Shown here: positions 7,462 through 15,382 of the stretch, one piece after another
Layout of the letters: each line of letters starts with the position of its first letter
Numbering within the stretch: position 1 is the first letter of the stretch
Source: Lachnospiraceae bacterium
GTDB lineage: Bacteria; Bacillota; Clostridia; Lachnospirales; Bianqueaceae
DNA length: 62,614 nt
Assembly: GCA_021442595.1 (NCBI GenBank)
Contig: JABUST010000218.1
Location: 1-62,614, forward strand
Direction of reading: 5' to 3'
Translations under genes and position numbers: made by a program
The notes under the pieces: generated by a model
The model's input: only the letters and a program-made list of their open reading frames with translations
Database searches by the model: none
Told to the model about the DNA's origin: nothing

Positions 7462-8274
7462 TTAACAATGACTATTATTGTCATCACTGTTTTTCCTTTT
7501 CCTGATGCTTTTATATAGATTCTCCCTCATATCAGATGTAAGCTCATCTTTGAGAATACAAAAAATCTGATTTGCTTTATCAAGATACCGTGAATCCTTT
7601 CGGATTTCATACAAAACCAGCAAATGCTTGATTATCGCCCATGAGACCGGATTTATAGAAGATGCTGCTATCTTTTCTTTGTCTTCCGGTGTCTGAGATA
7701 AAAACAACATGGCATTTTCTCGTGTTTTATAATACCCCGGTAACTTTACCGCATACTCCATAGCTTCTTGCATCCTTCCCAATTTTGCAAGCGAAAAGCA
7801 CAGATTGTATCGTGCACAATAAACCTGTTCAGGATCTTGAGATTCATTAATCACTATTTTCTGAAGCATTATGGATTCTTTTAGGTATTTCTCCGCTTCA
7901 ACCGTACCATCCCCCATGTATTCCAATGTTGCCGCAAGATACAAAAACAAGGCATAATCCTTCGGATGATTTTTAATCGCTTTACGAAGAAGGGCTTCAT
8001 TTTCCGCATGGAATCCCTTCTTATTGTTCTCCTCCCATGTGCATACTACACTGTTTATTTCATCAGCAGATGGATCTTCTATTCCAAGCAAATAATCTGT
8101 CGTAACTCCAAAATATCTGGCCAGAGCAATTATCATCTGCACGTCCGGAAAACCTTCACCTCTTTCCCACTTACTGATAACTTGAAAAGAACAGTTAACA
8201 ACCATCGCCAACTGCTCCTGTGTCATTTTTCTTTCTTTTCTAAGGTTTCGCAGCAATAAACCAAATTCAGACAT
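7462..8274 (-). CDS. XRE-family HTH transcriptional regulator with TPR-like C-terminal domain
   Basis: The N-terminal LRNLRKERKMTQEQLAMVVNCSFQVISKWERGEGFPDVQMIIALARYFGVTTDYLLG is a classic HTH_3 motif. About 200 aa of helical repeat-like sequence follow. The RBS ggaggga lies upstream. Confidence 0.8.
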   Translation of the reverse strand: MSEFGLLLRNLRKERKMTQEQLAMVVNCSFQVISKWERGEGFPDVQMIIALARYFGVTTDYLLGIEDPSADEINSVVCTWEENNKKGFHAENEALLRKAIKNHPKDYALFLYLAATLEYMGDGTVEAEKYLKESIMLQKIVINESQDPEQVYCARYNLCFSLAKLGRMQEAMEYAVKLPGYYKTRENAMLFLSQTPEDKEKIAASSINPVSWAIIKHLLVLYEIRKDSRYLDKANQIFCILKDELTSDMRENLYKSIRKRKNSDDNNSHC

Positions 8275-8382
8275 TTATTCCCATCCCTCCAAACAGCGCA
8301 TGCAGTTTCTGATTTCTGCTGATTTCTTCTTCCCCTATGATTCCCTTAACCAATCCCGGCAGCAGCTGGTTATCCACTCATT

Positions 8383-8826
8383 CTAAGAATGGAATTGTCC
8401 ATGTCCACCTCTGAGAAAGCCCAAAACACTCACCCTCTTCTTGCTAAATGGGGGAATCTGGTGAGAATACAGAGCGCACATCACTTCTTCCTCCCTGCAT
8501 AGATGCCTTTGTGAAAATCCGTGTCGTTTAAGAACATCCGCTAAAAAGCACGTATCCTTTTTATTGATCAACACATCAATATCTCCCGTATGCCGGCATC
8601 CTTCCTTTCCATAAGCAAGAACAGATAGTACCTCTCCCTTAATTATGGCATAGGGCTTGGCAAAATCTCGTTCCAAAATTGGAATCAGATAGTTGTATTG
8701 AATGGCAGAAGCCAATACTCGAATGTCATTCCATTGCATTTTCTTCAAATACTCGAACCAATTTTTCAATATAGTTACAGCTGCGTTTAAATCACGACAA
8801 CAATACCCTATGTGATGTAACTGCAT
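8383..8826 (-). pseudogene. possible truncated nucleotidyltransferase-family ORF (N-terminal part only)
   Basis: A 147-aa ORF containing KGEVLSVLAYG...RHTGDIDVLINKKD, reminiscent of the uncharacterised nucleotidyltransferase family. From memory, that family is usually more than 300 aa. Only about 100 nt remain before the next gene. Confidence 0.4.
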
Positions 8827-9023
8827 TCCGCATATTCTCCTTTTCCTTTCCCGTAGCGTATCATTATTACAAGGTCTTTGTCAAATGAAATAAATAATCT
8901 TTTTTTCCTATGTCGTTTAGCTGTCTCTACATGGTAGAGAATAACGCAAACTCTTCCTGATAAATACGCCGGAAGGGCTTATAAAAACAACTTTATTCGT
9001 TCTCCCAAGGAAAGCTTCTCTCC

Positions 9024-10394
9024 TCACATAGATGCCCTTGTAATATTCTTAATCCAATTGAATCTGTTAACCTTCACTGCGGCCACGATACACTTCAGCA
9101 GCTGGTCGCATTTCAGGCAGGCAAATACCACCCAGGCAGGGGCATCAAATACAAAAGCCGCCAGCAGCCCGGAGGGAATCAGCACACAGCATACAAATAT
9201 GGTGTCATTGATAAAAACAAAATTCGTCTGTCCACCCGCACGGACAATACCCGTCAAGGAGCTCATCTGGTAGGAGGTTCCCACCACCATTACCGTCAGC
9301 ACAGAAATCAGCTGGTTCACGATGACTGTCGTCTCACCGTTGATGGTAGGATACAGCGCCGGCACCAGATACCGGCTCAAATACATAAACACGGCAGTTC
9401 CCAATCCCATGGCCACAAACACAAGCTGCAGGGTCTTCGCATACTTTTTCACCAGTTCATAATCGCCGCTGCCCACCGTCTTTCCGATGATGATGCCGGT
9501 GGCGCTGGCCACTCCGTACACACCCACGGAAATCAAATTAAACAGGTTGTTGGCGATGCTCACTGCCGAGATAGCGCTCTGGCTCAGCCGCCCCAGAATA
9601 GCCGCCTGTCCGGTCATATTCAGCCCCCATACCGCTGACCCTGCAAAAATGGGCAGCCCGTACTTGATATAATCCTTCATCAGCACCCCGGAATGCCGCT
9701 TCAGGTCGCCGAACTTCATACGCAGCTTGGTATCCTTCTTCGCCGCAAACACGATGACGACGCAGCTTTCCACGATACGGCACAGCAGTGTGGAGACGGC
9801 AGCGCCGGCCACCCCCATGGCGGGAACCCCCAGCTTACCGAAAATGAAGACCCAGTTAAAGAAGATATTCAGCAGCACCGTAATCACAGACGTGTAGAGG
9901 GCGATGCCCACCGTCTCCACGCACTTCATGCTGGTCAGAACTACCTCCGTGACCACATAGAACAAATAGGAAAAGCATACGATCCTTAGATATCCGGTTC
10001 CTTCCCGAATGACCTCCTGCTCGTTGGTGTAGAGGCTCAGCAGCTGATTCGGAAAGAAAAATGCTGCGGCAAAAAAGCCCAGAGCCACCACCCCTGCAAA
10101 CCGGGCAGTCATGGCAGTGATGGTCTTGATGCTGTCCGTATCTTTTCTTCCCCAGTACTGAGCGGCCAGAACCAGCGCTGCGGTGCAGAAGCCCTGTATA
10201 AATTTCTGCAGCAGCGTCATCCACTGGTTGGCCACATAGACACCGGAAAGCGCCAGGTCACTGACACTTCCCACCATAATGTTGTCCGTCAGGCCCACCG
10301 CATAGACCAAAATATTCTGACCTGCCAGGGGCAGGGCCAGAGCAAAGAGCCGCTGATAAAACTTTTTGTCCTTGACTAACCAATCTGTTTTCAT
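9024..10394 (-). CDS. MATE family efflux transporter
   Basis: A 456-aa protein with 12 TM-like segments and a typical MATE N-terminus (FYQRLFALALPLAGQNILVYAVGLTDNIMVG). Confidence 0.9.
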   Translation of the reverse strand: MKTDWLVKDKKFYQRLFALALPLAGQNILVYAVGLTDNIMVGSVSDLALSGVYVANQWMTLLQKFIQGFCTAALVLAAQYWGRKDTDSIKTITAMTARFAGVVALGFFAAAFFFPNQLLSLYTNEQEVIREGTGYLRIVCFSYLFYVVTEVVLTSMKCVETVGIALYTSVITVLLNIFFNWVFIFGKLGVPAMGVAGAAVSTLLCRIVESCVVIVFAAKKDTKLRMKFGDLKRHSGVLMKDYIKYGLPIFAGSAVWGLNMTGQAAILGRLSQSAISAVSIANNLFNLISVGVYGVASATGIIIGKTVGSGDYELVKKYAKTLQLVFVAMGLGTAVFMYLSRYLVPALYPTINGETTVIVNQLISVLTVMVVGTSYQMSSLTGIVRAGGQTNFVFINDTIFVCCVLIPSGLLAAFVFDAPAWVVFACLKCDQLLKCIVAAVKVNRFNWIKNITRASM

Positions 10395-10475
10395 GAGATC
10401 CTCCGATAAACAGCGCCGGTCTCAAAGTTAAGACCGGCGCTTCATTTTTTCTCTTATTTAGCTCTTATTTAGTTC

Positions 10476-11498
10476 TTAGCGGTTGACCAGCTCATATCCG
10501 GCCATGAGCATTTCCTTGCCAAAGTGGATCAAACCTCCCTCAAAATCCTGTTGGGCGTGGTCGCTGATGACCAGCTCGGGAATGACATCCTTCGGAAGAA
10601 ATCTCTCGCACAGATCCTTTACCTCCTCCAGCACATCCTCCGTTCCGGGATGCTTGTAAAACACAATGACCCGTGGATCCACGGTACAGGTGATGGCCGC
10701 CACCATTTGGGCGATCTCCACCGGGGTGGCTCCTCCGTTGGAGCTCAGGCGGGAATCAAAGGTGGCATCATAACTGACAGGCAGGTGGCGCATCTCGCCG
10801 GCAAAGCCGTGAAATCCGCGAATCACATGTCCCCGCAGATACAACCCGCAGCCCAGGCCTCTTCTGCCCACGTTCACACACACCATGGAATCGTTCTTTT
10901 CCCTAATCATGCGGTTATAGCAGCCCACCACCATGGAATTCATATCGTTCTCCACCCTGGTGCGGATGCCGAACTTCGCCTCCAGATGCTCCTGGAGCGG
11001 AAAGTCCTTCAGGGAAGGATCGCTGAAATCCGCGCAGAAGGCGATTCTTCCTTTTGAAATACCGAAGGGCAGTCCGATGGCAAGGGCTTTGATGGGATAC
11101 TCATCCACCAGCTCCTCCACCACATGGTCGATGGTATCCACCAGCACATACAGACTTTTCAGGGGATAATCCTTGTCCCGGACCTTTTCCCCGTGAGTAT
11201 TTCTAACCAAAGTCCTCAGTGTGCCGGGCTTGGAGATAAATATGCAAAGATAATAGGCAAAATCCGGATTCACAATGTAAGACATGGCATGACGCCCACC
11301 GGTGGTGGGATCTACACCGTTGCGCAAAATCTCTCCGGTTGCCAGCATATCATCCACAATGCGGCTCACGGTGGGAAAGCTGAGATCCGTCAGATGAGCA
11401 ATTCTTGTTTTTGTAAATGGATTCTCCTCCCGAATGGCCCTGCGGATATTGCTTTCATTGATATTTTTAACTACAGACTTTTTACCGAATTCCGCCAT
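10476..11498 (-). CDS. ROK family transcriptional regulator
   Basis: Has an N-terminal winged HTH (TKTRIAHLTDLSFPTVSRIVDDML) and a ROK sugar-kinase-like fold with GCGLYLRGHVIRGFHGFAGEMRHL. Confidence 0.85.
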   Translation of the reverse strand: MAEFGKKSVVKNINESNIRRAIREENPFTKTRIAHLTDLSFPTVSRIVDDMLATGEILRNGVDPTTGGRHAMSYIVNPDFAYYLCIFISKPGTLRTLVRNTHGEKVRDKDYPLKSLYVLVDTIDHVVEELVDEYPIKALAIGLPFGISKGRIAFCADFSDPSLKDFPLQEHLEAKFGIRTRVENDMNSMVVGCYNRMIREKNDSMVCVNVGRRGLGCGLYLRGHVIRGFHGFAGEMRHLPVSYDATFDSRLSSNGGATPVEIAQMVAAITCTVDPRVIVFYKHPGTEDVLEEVKDLCERFLPKDVIPELVISDHAQQDFEGGLIHFGKEMLMAGYELVNR

Positions 11499-11629
11499 AC
11501 TTTTTAAAGCTCCTTTGGAAAATTGCCTAATTTTAGCATGCCTGTATTTCTATTTCAAGTAAAGTGATTCTGTTTTCCCTTGAAATATCGCATTTTCTCT
11601 GTAAATAAGATATCAAAGAGATGCTGTCA

Positions 11630-13096
11630 TTACAGTAATCCCATTTTAATTTTCAGCAGCAGAACCCTCAGGACGGATGCATCCAGCCGCTCCTGAGAGA
11701 TGACTCCCTCCTGCACAGCCTCCAGCACCGCCTCATACTGGGTGATGTAGCTGCTGGAGATCAGCATATCGTTGCCGGCCAGCACCGCCAGCACCGCCGC
11801 CTCCCCGCATCCGTAATAGTCCACGATGGCGCCCATGGCCAGATCATCGGTCATGAGAACCCCCTCATATCCCAGCTCCCGGGCCACCTCATGCACCTCA
11901 GGCGATAGGGACGCCGGATACTCACTGTCGAAGCAGGTCACGATGTTGTGGCACACCAGAACGGAGTCCGCTCCCGCCTCCATGCCCGCCATAAAGGGAA
12001 TGAGTGCGTCAGCATAGAATTCGTCGGCGCTGCGTTCGTCCACGGACATGCCCACATGGGTGTCCAGATTGCTGCCGTAGCCGGGGAAATGCTTCAGGGA
12101 AGAGGCCACACCGTACTCCTGCATGATGGTCAGAGTGCGAAGAATAAACTCGCTTGTCAGCTCCGGATCGTCGCTGAAGGCCCGGTAATACATGAACTCT
12201 TCCTCGCTGCCGGCCATATCCGCCACCGGGGTGAGGTTCATGTTCAGGTGAAGAGACAGCAAAAGCTCACACTTCTCCCGGGTCTCTGCCTCCAGGGCTT
12301 CAAACCCGCCTATGCTGTACAGATAGCGGGGAGAGTAGAACCGGTTCTCCCTGTAATGGGTGCTGACCCGGCAGACGGAGCCTCCCTCTTCATCCACGGA
12401 CATGAGCATGGGAATGGCGCAGGCCTCCTGACATTCGTCAATGACCGCCCGGACCTCATCCATGGAATATCCGTCGAATTCCTCATCAAACAGCACATAG
12501 CCCCCCAAACAGTAGGCCCTGGCATCCTCAGCCGCATCGTAATAAGATGGAAATCTGGCCATGAACATCTGGCCCACCTTCTCCTCTATGCTCAGCCCTG
12601 CCAGGATGTCCTTGGCCCTTTGCAGCATATCTGAGGTGACGCCTTCTCCCGGTGTGAAGTCCGGTGCTTTGCCGGGGTCGGGGGTTTCAGCGGATGCATC
12701 CCGGGATTCAGAAGCGTCTGCCGTCTCCGGGGCATCTGAGCTCTCTTCCGGTGAAGCTGCGTCATCATGTTGATTCATTACGCCGGATTCATTGCTGTCA
12801 CCGGACTCCTCAGAGGAAGCCCCATCTATGCTTTCCCCGGATTCCATGGGCTTCAGGCCACTGTCCCGGTTTCTGTCGCTGATCTCCCTACCCGGGTCAA
12901 ATTCTTTTCCGGAGTGGGAATTCCCGGAAGCTTCGCTTTGTGCGCCGTTCGGGGAGGAGCTGCCGGATTGTGCCTTTTTGTCTGAACTCCACAGGGAGCA
13001 GCCGGACAAAAGGGACATTATCAATAATATGCTTATCAAGCGGAAAAGGCCCGACCTTTCGGTCGGACCTTTCGGGAATCGTGTATTATTCTTCAC
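11630..13096 (-). CDS. glycoside hydrolase family 3 lipoprotein (beta-N-acetylhexosaminidase/NagZ-like)
   Basis: Has a lipobox LLSGC, a Ser/Asp/Glu-rich linker, and GH3 motifs EEKVGQMFM, DEEGGSVCRV, KHFPGYG and MTDDLAMGA. Confidence 0.85.
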   Translation of the reverse strand: MKNNTRFPKGPTERSGLFRLISILLIMSLLSGCSLWSSDKKAQSGSSSPNGAQSEASGNSHSGKEFDPGREISDRNRDSGLKPMESGESIDGASSEESGDSNESGVMNQHDDAASPEESSDAPETADASESRDASAETPDPGKAPDFTPGEGVTSDMLQRAKDILAGLSIEEKVGQMFMARFPSYYDAAEDARAYCLGGYVLFDEEFDGYSMDEVRAVIDECQEACAIPMLMSVDEEGGSVCRVSTHYRENRFYSPRYLYSIGGFEALEAETREKCELLLSLHLNMNLTPVADMAGSEEEFMYYRAFSDDPELTSEFILRTLTIMQEYGVASSLKHFPGYGSNLDTHVGMSVDERSADEFYADALIPFMAGMEAGADSVLVCHNIVTCFDSEYPASLSPEVHEVARELGYEGVLMTDDLAMGAIVDYYGCGEAAVLAVLAGNDMLISSSYITQYEAVLEAVQEGVISQERLDASVLRVLLLKIKMGLL

Positions 13097-13319
13097 CGGT
13101 CTGTGCCTTAATGATATCGATCAGTTCACCGATAGTCTTGGGAGGATTCTCCAGCTGATTGTCCAGAGAAACACCGAACTCTTCTTCACAGCTCATGGTC
13201 AGATCCACCAGAGAAAGGGAATCCAGCTCCAGCTCTTCAAAGGTTGTTTCAGGGGTAATGGTGCTGCCGTCGATAAATTCCTGCTCGGCCAGCATTTCCT
13301 TGATCTTTTCAAGAATCAT
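13086..13319 (-). CDS. acyl carrier protein-like small protein (stand-alone)
   Basis: A 77-aa acidic protein. ELELDSLSLVDL contains the DSL phosphopantetheine attachment motif. Its 3' end overlaps the GH3 start by 11 nt. Confidence 0.75.
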   Translation of the reverse strand: MILEKIKEMLAEQEFIDGSTITPETTFEELELDSLSLVDLTMSCEEEFGVSLDNQLENPPKTIGELIDIIKAQTGEE

Positions 13320-13398
13320 TTGTTTGCCTCCATTGGTCCGGACTTATCTGCTCTGCGGTTCTCTGCCCCAGATTGACTGTGTCCGGTCAGTTTCTATC

Positions 13399-13427
13399 AG
13401 TATAGTAAATCCCACATAACCTGTCAA
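13399..13427 (-). promoter_or_regulatory. sigma-A-type promoter upstream of the ACP-like gene
   Basis: On the minus strand: TTGACA, 17 nt, TATACT. Confidence 0.5.
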
Positions 13428-13451
13428 CTGTCCGTTCCTCCCATAAAATTG

Positions 13452-13480
13452 TTGAATTTGCGTTTTTGTTTAGATATAAT
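13452..13480 (+). promoter_or_regulatory. sigma-A-type promoter upstream of the PP2C-LysM gene
   Basis: TTGAAT, 17 nt, TATAAT. Confidence 0.5.
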
Positions 13481-13581
13481 AGGTTATCGTACTATATTGC
13501 GATAAGTGTAGCCAAATGACGCTCTGTCCTGTGGGGTACGGGTCAGGCGTCTTGCAGATAAAAAAAGAAGGTGGTGCAATC

Positions 13582-15297
13582 ATGGCTGAAAACAGTATCC
13601 TTAGCGTATCCGCTTACGGTATTTCCTCCACAGGGAAAGCCCTTAACCTGGATAATATGTATCTGAACGGAAGATATGTCAATGTACCTTCCGAAACAAC
13701 CTCCAAATTCTCCAAGACCGCCAGCGGAAATTTCCTTGTTTACGGTGTTTCCGACTCCGACATCGGTGTAGGCGAGAACCGTCCTCTGGGCCGTATTACC
13801 GGCGACATCGTCATGGACATGCTGCAATACACCCAGCGCACGTTGGATACGGGAGCACGTCTGGAAAAAGCTCCCCTGTGGGAAGCCATGGTGGAAGCCA
13901 ACCGCCAGGTGAAGGAGGTTCGCCATCAGGAGGGTCTGGACATTCTGGGCACCTCATTTGTAGCTCTGTATCTCCACGGAGACCGCGGTCTGGTGGTTCA
14001 TTTGGGTGACAGCCGTCTGTACGTCATCCGCGGCGGACGCATGCTGCAGATCACCGATGATCATCTTTCTTCTTCCGACATGTTCCGTCTGGGCATTCTT
14101 TCCCAGGCCCAGGCCGAAGTTCATAAGTCTGCCTCCCGTCTCACCGCTTATGTGGGCATGGACGACATTTATGATAAGAAGGATGAAGCCTTTTCCAAGT
14201 ATTTCATCTTCTATCCCGGGGATATTTTCATCCTCTGCACCGACGGTGTCACGGATGCCATCCTGAATGAGCGTCTGGAAAAGGTCACCCGTCTGTTAAA
14301 GGATGCCACTCCCGATCAGATTGCCAACACCCTCATGGATGCCTCCAGTGAGTACTCCGACGAAGACCGCACCATCGTGGTTCTTCGAATCGAACAGGTT
14401 GGTCAGGAGCTTGCCCCCCAGCCCTCCCAGAACGTGCCCCAGAAGGCAGCCTTCTCCGAGGAAGTTCCCCTGACACCTTCCGTTCCCGTACAGCATGCAC
14501 TGAATGGCCCTGCTCCCGCGCAGCCTCAGGCTCCCGCCCAGCAGCAGACCGCCTATTATCAGCCCCAGACCTCTGCGCCTGCATACCAGCCTCAGGCTCC
14601 TGTTCAGCCTCAGGCTCCTGCTCAGCAGCCGGTTTACCAGCAGCCTGTCTATAATCAGACTCCTGCATATCAGCCCCAGGCTCCCGTACAGCCTCAGACC
14701 GATCCCTACGCAGAGAGCTTCCGCGGCGCATCTGTTCAGGCGCCCATACCTGCGGATCCGGAGGAAGATGAGGAGGACGAGGGTGGTTTCCAGCTGCCGG
14801 CCTTCCTGGATGATCTGCTGGCCAGCCCCAAGAAGCTGTTCATGGTCATCGGCATTGCCGCTGCGGTTCTGCTGGTGCTCATCATCATGATCATCGTGAT
14901 CTCCGCTGCCGGAAAGAAAAAGGCACAGCAGGCAGAGTCCTCTGCTGCTCTGGAGTCCTCTTCCGCTATTTCCAGCGTGGTCATTGATCCCGGCTCTGTC
15001 ACTCCTGCCTACGAGTCCAGCGTCACCGAAGAATCTTCCGAAGAGAATTCTCAGTCCGGAAAGGTCACTAAGGAATATATTTACGTGATCGAGGAGGGTG
15101 ACAACCTGTATGACATCGTAGAAGAAAATTACGGCACCGGGTCCATGGCCTATGTGGAAGCTCTGTGCAAGTACAATAACATGACCCTGGATGAAGATCT
15201 CTGGGTCGGCGAGGAGCTGAAGATTCCTACGGACGAAACCATCCGCGAGCTTGCGGGTGTGACGGAAGAGGATGAAGAAAGCTCTGACGAAGAATAA
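13582..15297 (+). CDS. membrane-anchored PP2C-family phosphatase-like protein with C-terminal LysM domain
   Basis: PP2C motifs GTSFVALYL..VVHLGDSRLYVIRGG..QITDDH and GDIFILCTDGVTD are present. A P/Q/A/Y-rich linker, one TM segment (LFMVIGIAAAVLLVLIIMIIVISAAG) and a Ser-rich region follow. The LysM region is YIYVIEEGDNLYDIVEENYG...WVGEELKIP. I moved the start to ATG 13582, which follows the RBS agaaggtgg. Confidence 0.75.
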   Translation: MAENSILSVSAYGISSTGKALNLDNMYLNGRYVNVPSETTSKFSKTASGNFLVYGVSDSDIGVGENRPLGRITGDIVMDMLQYTQRTLDTGARLEKAPLWEAMVEANRQVKEVRHQEGLDILGTSFVALYLHGDRGLVVHLGDSRLYVIRGGRMLQITDDHLSSSDMFRLGILSQAQAEVHKSASRLTAYVGMDDIYDKKDEAFSKYFIFYPGDIFILCTDGVTDAILNERLEKVTRLLKDATPDQIANTLMDASSEYSDEDRTIVVLRIEQVGQELAPQPSQNVPQKAAFSEEVPLTPSVPVQHALNGPAPAQPQAPAQQQTAYYQPQTSAPAYQPQAPVQPQAPAQQPVYQQPVYNQTPAYQPQAPVQPQTDPYAESFRGASVQAPIPADPEEDEEDEGGFQLPAFLDDLLASPKKLFMVIGIAAAVLLVLIIMIIVISAAGKKKAQQAESSAALESSSAISSVVIDPGSVTPAYESSVTEESSEENSQSGKVTKEYIYVIEEGDNLYDIVEENYGTGSMAYVEALCKYNNMTLDEDLWVGEELKIPTDETIRELAGVTEEDEESSDEE

Positions 15298-15318
15298 AGC
15301 AAGACTTAAGTCAGCAAA

Positions 15319-15348
15319 AAGAGGGCTTAACCCGGGCCCTCTTTTTTG
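15319..15348 (+). terminator. intrinsic terminator
   Basis: Stem aagagggc...gccctctt followed by a T-run. Confidence 0.65.
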
Positions 15349-15382
15349 CTGCCCTGATTCTGCTGCAAAGGGACGGAGCATC

